IMG/VR virus record: IMGVR_UViG_3300027820_000005
Span: 1 to 51,818 of that record
Strand: one strand, 5' to 3'
DNA: 51,818 nt
Origin: a virus
Lineage: Duplodnaviria > Caudoviricetes
Shown in pieces: positions 46,778-51,818 of this stretch. Made by a program: the position numbers and the translations under genes. The notes beneath the pieces are model-generated. The model saw only the letters and a list, made by a program, of their open reading frames with translations. It was not told the origin of the DNA and searched no databases. How positions within the stretch are numbered: the first letter of the stretch is position 1; every line of letters begins with the position of its first letter.

Positions 46778-47397
46778 TCCCCTTCGAGGAGACCGAAGCG
46801 GGCAAGCGCGCCGCAACCATCGCGCTCCATGCTATCCGCGTCAAGGGCTGGAGCCAGGCCATTCTCCAGGCCGACGCCCTGGCTCGGAACATCTATCACC
46901 GGCTGCCAAGTGGCGACTACGGCCGGGCCGACGTCCGCCGCGTGGTCGATGCTGCCTTGGACGAGTGCGCGCCCAAGAGGAAGACACCCCACGAGTTCAA
47001 CACCGCCCTAGTCCTGAGCACGGCTCACATCACCAAGGCCACCGCTGACGCTCTCGAAGCGGACGCGGACACCGTGCCGTGGACGATGCGCGGGACCTAC
47101 GGCTTCATGGTATGGGCCGAGACCGACGAGGAGCGCAACGGTGTGCACCCCGACCTCGACGCGTGCCTCGATCGCGCCGCCAAACAGGGTTGCCAGTGGC
47201 TGCGCCTGGACTGTGACGCGGAGGCCCGCCCCGATCTTCCGACGTACGCTTGGGAGGAGGACAAGCCCGCCTTCTCGTGCGCTTGCCCGCTCTGCGGGTT
47301 CGCGTGCTCCCACCCCATCACCGAGCGCCCGTGCGGTCGGTGCGGACGGATGCTCTCCATGGGCCAGCCCCACGAGACCGAGGAGGGCGCGCAATGA
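46774..47397 (+). CDS. DUF5983-like domain protein with C-terminal Zn finger (207 aa)
   Basis: LSTAHIT..YGF..GCQWLRLDCDA..LPTYAW; CPLC..CGRC. Confidence 0.6.
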   Translation: MIPFEETEAGKRAATIALHAIRVKGWSQAILQADALARNIYHRLPSGDYGRADVRRVVDAALDECAPKRKTPHEFNTALVLSTAHITKATADALEADADTVPWTMRGTYGFMVWAETDEERNGVHPDLDACLDRAAKQGCQWLRLDCDAEARPDLPTYAWEEDKPAFSCACPLCGFACSHPITERPCGRCGRMLSMGQPHETEEGAQ

Positions 47398-47606
47398 TCC
47401 CGCCCGATACCAACATCGAGCAGGGGCAATCCGCGCTCGACTATCACCGCACGCAAGCGGGAGGCGACAGCGACGACAACCGCTCGAACCTCGTTGACCT
47501 GCTCACCGATCTGCGCCACTGGGCACACGCGCAACACATCGACTTCGAGGCCGCCTTGCAGCTTGCCGCGATCCACTTCGAGGCGGAACAGGAGTTCGCA
47601 TCATGA
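47394..47606 (+). CDS. Hypothetical protein (70 aa)
   Basis: DLLTDLRHWA..DFEAAL..A..HF motif; GGAGG RBS. Confidence 0.7.
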   Translation: MIPPDTNIEQGQSALDYHRTQAGGDSDDNRSNLVDLLTDLRHWAHAQHIDFEAALQLAAIHFEAEQEFAS

Positions 47607-47824
47607 GCGTGCGCCTGATCTGCCCCGAGTGTGGATTCCACGACATTCGCGAGCTTGTTCCCGTCTGGGTCGATCCCAACGCCCCGACGCCCGAAGCGCG
47701 GAAGGCATCGGTCGAGTTCGCTTTCAACCGGCGCGAAGAGCCGGAGGAACCCTACTGGTGCCCCGACTGCGAGGCACGATTCCAAGAGCCGAGCAAGGAG
47801 CGACAGGAGGAGCTTTTCTCATGA
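47603..47824 (+). CDS. Zn-ribbon protein (73 aa)
   Basis: CPECG..WCPDC; ends QEELFS. Confidence 0.7.
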   Translation: MSVRLICPECGFHDIRELVPVWVDPNAPTPEARKASVEFAFNRREEPEEPYWCPDCEARFQEPSKERQEELFS

Positions 47825-48021
47825 AGGACGCCGAGAAGAACCGCGACCCCGAACGAGCGCAGAAGCGAGCGCGCGCCGATGCGCGCTGCGCGCTGCGAAA
47901 GCTGGGGCTCCTCGACAAGCTGGAGAAGTCCGCCGCCATGGCGAGCTTGCTCGACGACCTGGACGTAGAGGCCGACCCCGTGGCGTCGTTCACTATCACA
48001 CTTTGGGAAGCTCTCCGTTGA
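47821..48021 (+). CDS. Hypothetical protein (66 aa)
   Basis: ATGA overlap, AGGAGG RBS. Confidence 0.65.
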   Translation: MKDAEKNRDPERAQKRARADARCALRKLGLLDKLEKSAAMASLLDDLDVEADPVASFTITLWEALR

Positions 48022-48476
48022 GTCTGCCCGCCTACATGGCCGAGCCGTGCACCTGGTACGAGCGCGATCTTCCCGACCGCTCCGGCGTTGCCAAGTACAC
48101 CGTTGCAATCAAGGCCCCGGACACGGACCCCGAGCCGCTCTCGCGCAAAGCCAAGCACGCGATCGGCTCGGGCTTCGAGGCTTGGCGGACCGACCTGCTC
48201 GGAACTGACCGCCAGTGGGCCGCGCGTATCGCGCGCCTGCTCTGCCACGCTCCGCACTCGCTCACGTTCAACGCTATCACGCTCCACCTAACCGGCCTCA
48301 AGCATGGCGCCGACTCAGCTATGGGCAGGGCCCCTGAAGCTGGGCTCTGGCTCGCCGTAGAGCGCGGGCTGATCTGGTGGGCAAACGTTAACGATCACGT
48401 TCGATTCGCAAGGCGCCCGATGGGATGGGGTGGATCACCTCCCCGCTCAGCCGGTCGTCAACTCTCTCTGTTCTGA
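48018..48476 (+). CDS. Hypothetical protein (about 152 aa) ending in QLSLF
   Basis: TTG at 48018 or ATG at 48036; C-terminal clamp-binding-like motif. Confidence 0.6.
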   Translation: MSLPAYMAEPCTWYERDLPDRSGVAKYTVAIKAPDTDPEPLSRKAKHAIGSGFEAWRTDLLGTDRQWAARIARLLCHAPHSLTFNAITLHLTGLKHGADSAMGRAPEAGLWLAVERGLIWWANVNDHVRFARRPMGWGGSPPRSAGRQLSLF

Positions 48477-48490
48477 TCTTGGAGGATCAA
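48474..48490 (+). promoter_or_regulatory. Repeated SD-sequestering hairpin (copy 2)
   Basis: TGATCTTGGAGGATCAA. Confidence 0.7.
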
Positions 48491-48493
48491 CAC

Positions 48494-48946
48494 ATGGAAA
48501 CGATCACGGCAAATATGCCCGCTGAACTCACCAACAACGCGCGCAACTACTCGGGCGAGAAGGAACTCGTCAACCGCCTACAGCTAGTCGTCTTTCGCCC
48601 ATCCGAGAAGAAGGGAACCGACGACCGTCACGATCAGCGGTTTGTCCGGGCTATTGACGCGCGGTTCTGGATGGGCCGGAGCTCCCAGGCCAGCACCGTG
48701 TACTGCTCGGTCTGGATCTACCAGCAGACGACCGGGGGAGGCTTCGACTATCACGGTGGCACCGGATCCGCAGGGGGCTTCGGATATCACAAGGAGAGCG
48801 CCGCTCTCGACGAGGCTCTACGCTCCGCAGGCGTGACGCTCAGCACGCCCATTCATGGGGCCGGAGACCACGCGATGGAGGCCGCGCTACGCGCCGTCGC
48901 ACGCGCAGCAGGCTACGGGCGCTCGCCCCAGGTGTTGCTCGGATGA
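48494..48946 (+). CDS. Phage early protein (150 aa)
   Basis: GTGSAGGFGYHKESAALDEALRSAGV motif; GGAGG RBS. Confidence 0.75.
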   Translation: METITANMPAELTNNARNYSGEKELVNRLQLVVFRPSEKKGTDDRHDQRFVRAIDARFWMGRSSQASTVYCSVWIYQQTTGGGFDYHGGTGSAGGFGYHKESAALDEALRSAGVTLSTPIHGAGDHAMEAALRAVARAAGYGRSPQVLLG

Positions 48947-49146
48947 CGCGCATCGACACATGCCGCCGATGCGGAGAAAAGGTGTACACCAAGGCGGAAG
49001 GGCGCCCGCTCTGCCTGATCTGCCAGAACTGGGAAGACGGCGAGCAACCGCCCGAGGGCGCGGCCGCCTGTCCGTTCTGCGGATCCGTCTGGCTCGACGC
49101 AACACACGCTGGGCAATGCTGCCCGAGTAAGAGGGCAACAACATGA
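48943..49146 (+). CDS. Cys-rich small protein (67 aa)
   Basis: Three CxxC motifs; ATGA overlap. Confidence 0.6.
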   Translation: MTRIDTCRRCGEKVYTKAEGRPLCLICQNWEDGEQPPEGAAACPFCGSVWLDATHAGQCCPSKRATT

Positions 49147-49373
49147 GAAAGCCCAGCCACGCCGAACTCGAGGCCCAACTGCGCGCCATCGATCTCGCCT
49201 ACACCGCCGCTCTCATCGTCGAGGCCGGGGTCGGGCACTATCAGGACCACCGAGCCCGCCAGCACGAGCACGGGCCCACATGCAAGGCGCTGCGGCTTGC
49301 CCTCACGCAAGCGCAGATCGCCTACGCCGAAGGATTCCGAGACCACCAACCGAGCCCCACAAGGAGGAACTGA
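49143..49373 (+). CDS. Hypothetical protein (76 aa)
   Basis: ATGA overlap. Confidence 0.6.
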   Translation: MRKPSHAELEAQLRAIDLAYTAALIVEAGVGHYQDHRARQHEHGPTCKALRLALTQAQIAYAEGFRDHQPSPTRRN

Positions 49374-49702
49374 TGCCCGCCGCCGCCGCTCTGACGTCCG
49401 TCGAGGACCACATCGAGCAGACCATCGACAACCCCACGCCCGCCAACATCGAGGCCTCACGGCTCATCGTCGCGAGCTTCACTCGCATCGGCTCCGCGCT
49501 CGCACTCGCCGCCGAATACATGGACGCGAGCGCCAGGGCCAGCGTTCAAGCCGGCCGCGCCTACCAGGCCAACAGCGGAGAGCGCGAGCGCGTGTTCCTG
49601 GACAACTCCGCGACCTATGATGAACTGGCGTCCGACCAGCTCGAAGAGGTGCGGTCGGAACTCCAGCTCACGCGAAAACTCATCCAGGAGGCCGAACAGT
49701 GA
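49373..49702 (+). CDS. Hypothetical helical protein (109 aa)
   Basis: AGGAGG RBS, TGATG coupling. Confidence 0.7.
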   Translation: MPAAAALTSVEDHIEQTIDNPTPANIEASRLIVASFTRIGSALALAAEYMDASARASVQAGRAYQANSGERERVFLDNSATYDELASDQLEEVRSELQLTRKLIQEAEQ

Positions 49703-49959
49703 TTGCCGTACGACAAGGCCAAGTCATCACGTCCCGCCCGTGCCCGCATTGCGGCGCGCACTCCTGCGCCCAATTCTCCGAGCACCAGCCCGAGCTCCTC
49801 GTCTGCAGCTACTCCAAGAAGGCGCTACCCGCGCAAACCGGCGAGGTGCTGCGCGTGCTCGACCCGCCCAAGAGCTTGGCCGCAACAGCAGCAGGAAGCG
49901 CAGCGGAGGCCGCACTGATCCTGTTCGCGATCGCCGTCACCCTCGCTATCATCATCTAG
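49699..49959 (+). CDS. Zn-motif protein with C-terminal TM anchor (86 aa)
   Basis: CPHC; ALILFAIAVTLAIII. Confidence 0.6.
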   Translation: MIAVRQGQVITSRPCPHCGAHSCAQFSEHQPELLVCSYSKKALPAQTGEVLRVLDPPKSLAATAAGSAAEAALILFAIAVTLAIII

Positions 49960-49987
49960 GCTCACCCGGTGCGGATCCTCCAAAACA

Positions 49988-50107
49988 GGGCGGCGAGTGC
50001 CGCGCCGGGTTGCCAATCGAAGCACTTGCCGCCCACCTTTCACCGTTGGGGCGCCCGATGTTGCACCAACCACATCGACCCGGGTTTGCCTTCGGGTTGC
50101 CCCAGCG
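49988..50107 (+). ncRNA. Candidate structured RNA (hairpin plus three-way junction)
   Basis: 13-bp stem 49988-50000/50022-50034; outer stem 50044-50053/50098-50107 enclosing two hairpins. Confidence 0.4.
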
Positions 50108-50126
50108 ACCATCCACAAGGAAACCC

Positions 50127-50282
50127 ATGCTGAAACACGCCACGACGACGATCGAGTGGACCTACGACGACCAGGCGACCGGAGTCGCACAGGTCGAACA
50201 GCAGATCCGCGAACTGTTCGAAGAAGGCGAGCCCGCCGTGGAGCTCGTCACCATCACGACCGAGGTGCGCGAAGGCGAGTAG
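50127..50282 (+). CDS. Small acidic protein (51 aa)
   Basis: AAGGA RBS; ATG at 50127. Confidence 0.6.
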   Translation: MLKHATTTIEWTYDDQATGVAQVEQQIRELFEEGEPAVELVTITTEVREGE

Positions 50283-50315
50283 CCCAAGCGCACGCAACAC
50301 TCAGGAGTCAGATTG

Positions 50316-51305
50316 ATGCAAGCTGAGAAGACAACCCACCCGACCGTCCACGCCTTCCCCGACCGCGAGTCGTGGCTCGCGCAGCGGTCCAAGGGCATCG
50401 GCTCGTCCGACGTGCCCGCAATCCTCGGAGCGTGCTCGCCCACCATGGGCACGCCCTACAGCGTCTACTGCGAGAAGCGCGGCGAGTTCCACGAGGAGGA
50501 CATCGGCAAGCAGGAGTTCGTCCAGGCCGGCAACTTCCTCGAGCAAGGGATTGCCGACTGGTTTGCGTTCAGAACCGGACGCTCTATCATCCGGCCCGAA
50601 GCCTATAGCCACGCGGGCAACAGCCACAAGGTCATCTGGCAGGACCGTGAGCACCCCTTCCTCCAGGCCACGCCCGACTTCTTCCAAGTCGACGTTGACA
50701 ACCAGGAGGGCGACCGCTTCGAGAAGAAGGGCGACGGAATCTTGGAGACCAAGAACGTCGGGTTCTTCATGTCGAAGGACTGGGATCCCAAGACGGGCAA
50801 GGTCCCGCTCCGCGTGCTCACGCAACTCCAGTACCAGCTCGACGTCACCGGGCTCCAGTGGGGCACCGCCGCCGGGCTCATCGGCGGCAACTCCCTCGTG
50901 TGGGTCGACCTCGAGCGCAACGAGCGCTTCATCGGCGCGCTGCGCAGGACGCTCGAAGCCTTCTGGCGCAACGTCGAGAAGGGCAACCCCCCCGGCGTCG
51001 ACGGCGCCGACAAGACGTGGAAGGCGATCAAGGCGCAGTTCACCAAGGAGACCGGCGAGGCCAAGGACATCCCCGCCTCGCTGATCTCCGAGCTCAACGA
51101 GGGCGCGCGCATGGAGAAGGAGGGGAAGGCCCTCAAGAGCAAGGCGCGGAACGCGATCTGCGAACACCTGGGCGATGCCACCTACGGCACCGTCGACGGT
51201 GTGAACGTCTGCCAGTGGAAGGAACAGAACCAGGCCATCATGGTGTCGTCGGGCACGCGGCGCGCGCGCGTGTTCCGCGTCCTCGGCGCAGGCGGGGACC
51301 TCTGA
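50316..51305 (+). CDS. YqaJ-like (lambda exonuclease family) recombination nuclease (329 aa)
   Basis: WLAQRSKGIGSSD, GNFLE, HPFLQATPD, ILETKN, QLQYQL. Confidence 0.9.
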   Translation: MQAEKTTHPTVHAFPDRESWLAQRSKGIGSSDVPAILGACSPTMGTPYSVYCEKRGEFHEEDIGKQEFVQAGNFLEQGIADWFAFRTGRSIIRPEAYSHAGNSHKVIWQDREHPFLQATPDFFQVDVDNQEGDRFEKKGDGILETKNVGFFMSKDWDPKTGKVPLRVLTQLQYQLDVTGLQWGTAAGLIGGNSLVWVDLERNERFIGALRRTLEAFWRNVEKGNPPGVDGADKTWKAIKAQFTKETGEAKDIPASLISELNEGARMEKEGKALKSKARNAICEHLGDATYGTVDGVNVCQWKEQNQAIMVSSGTRRARVFRVLGAGGDL

Positions 51306-51535
51306 TGGCGAAGAAGAAGCGCAACTACAAGAAGGAGTACGCCGACTATCACGGCAAGCCCGAGCAGATCAAAAACCGCTCGAAGCGCAACCAGGCCGCG
51401 AGGAAGAAGAACTGCCCGAAGGGGCAAGAGGTTGACCACAAGGTCCCGCTCTCGAAGGGCGGGAGCAACAAGGGGAAGAACCTCAAGTGCGTTTCGCGCA
51501 AAGCGAACAGGAAGAAAGGCAACAAGACGAAATGA
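51305..51535 (+). CDS. Small basic HNH endonuclease (76 aa)
   Basis: EVDHKVPLSKGGSNKGKNL..VSRKANRKKG; coupled to both neighbours. Confidence 0.85.
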   Translation: MAKKKRNYKKEYADYHGKPEQIKNRSKRNQAARKKNCPKGQEVDHKVPLSKGGSNKGKNLKCVSRKANRKKGNKTK

Positions 51536-51818
51536 CCGAGCAGAAACAGACACCCAACCCGAGCGCCGCGCTCGCCGCACACTCCGTGGGCGGGCACGGG
51601 ATCGCGATCAACAACATCGACGAGCTGATGCGTTTCGCGAAGCTCATTCACGCCTCGCGCATGGCGCCCGACTCGCTCGACACCGTGGAGAAGATCGCCG
51701 TTGCCCTCGAAATGGGCCTCGAGATCGGAGTCCAGGGAATGCAGGCGCTCTCCGGCATTGCCGTTGTGAACGGACGCCCCACCGTGTGGGGAGACCTCGG
51801 AACAGCCCTCGTTCTTCG
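51532..51818 (+). CDS. recT: RecT-like annealase, 5' part (continues through the junction to 899)
   Basis: ATG at 51532; MTEQKQ..RFAKLIHASRMAPDSL..IAVALEMGLEIG in frame with ORF 21-899. Confidence 0.8.
   Translation, partial: MTEQKQTPNPSAALAAHSVGGHGIAINNIDELMRFAKLIHASRMAPDSLDTVEKIAVALEMGLEIGVQGMQALSGIAVVNGRPTVWGDLGTALVL
51692..51818. repeat. 127-bp terminal direct repeat (copy 2)
   Basis: Identical to 1-127. Confidence 0.95.

Noticed and set aside
1-51818. tRNA, rRNA, integrase/att site, IS elements
   Set aside because: No cloverleaf, recombinase or transposase motifs were recognised

Overview
This window is an apparently complete, circularly permuted, high-GC dsDNA phage genome of 51,691 bp. 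Bases 1-127 are identical to 51692-51818, and a RecT-like gene runs across that junction. The minus strand (5217-37364) carries a podovirus-type virion module: terminase, portal, scaffold, major capsid protein, adaptor, a 2514-aa nozzle-like protein with LamG-like inserts, ejection-like proteins, a fibre-like protein and a possible holin. The plus strand carries many small early/middle genes, a YqaJ-HNH-RecT recombination cluster and three beta-helix proteins. I could not recognise a DNA polymerase, helicase, primase, integrase, repressor or endolysin. The most notable signals are: (1) a complete type II hammerhead ribozyme with a pseudoknot in the early operon (46228-46292); (2) a chromosomal-type parS palindrome (44721-44736) without any phage ParA/ParB; (3) a large terminase split into ATPase and nuclease ORFs by one in-frame TGA; (4) an Acb2/Tad1-like nucleotide-sponge protein; (5) an array of small genes built from shared identical DNA blocks (39101-41039); (6) early proteins ending in beta-clamp-binding motifs; (7) several structured intergenic elements. 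Protein family calls come from motif recognition by eye, not database searches.
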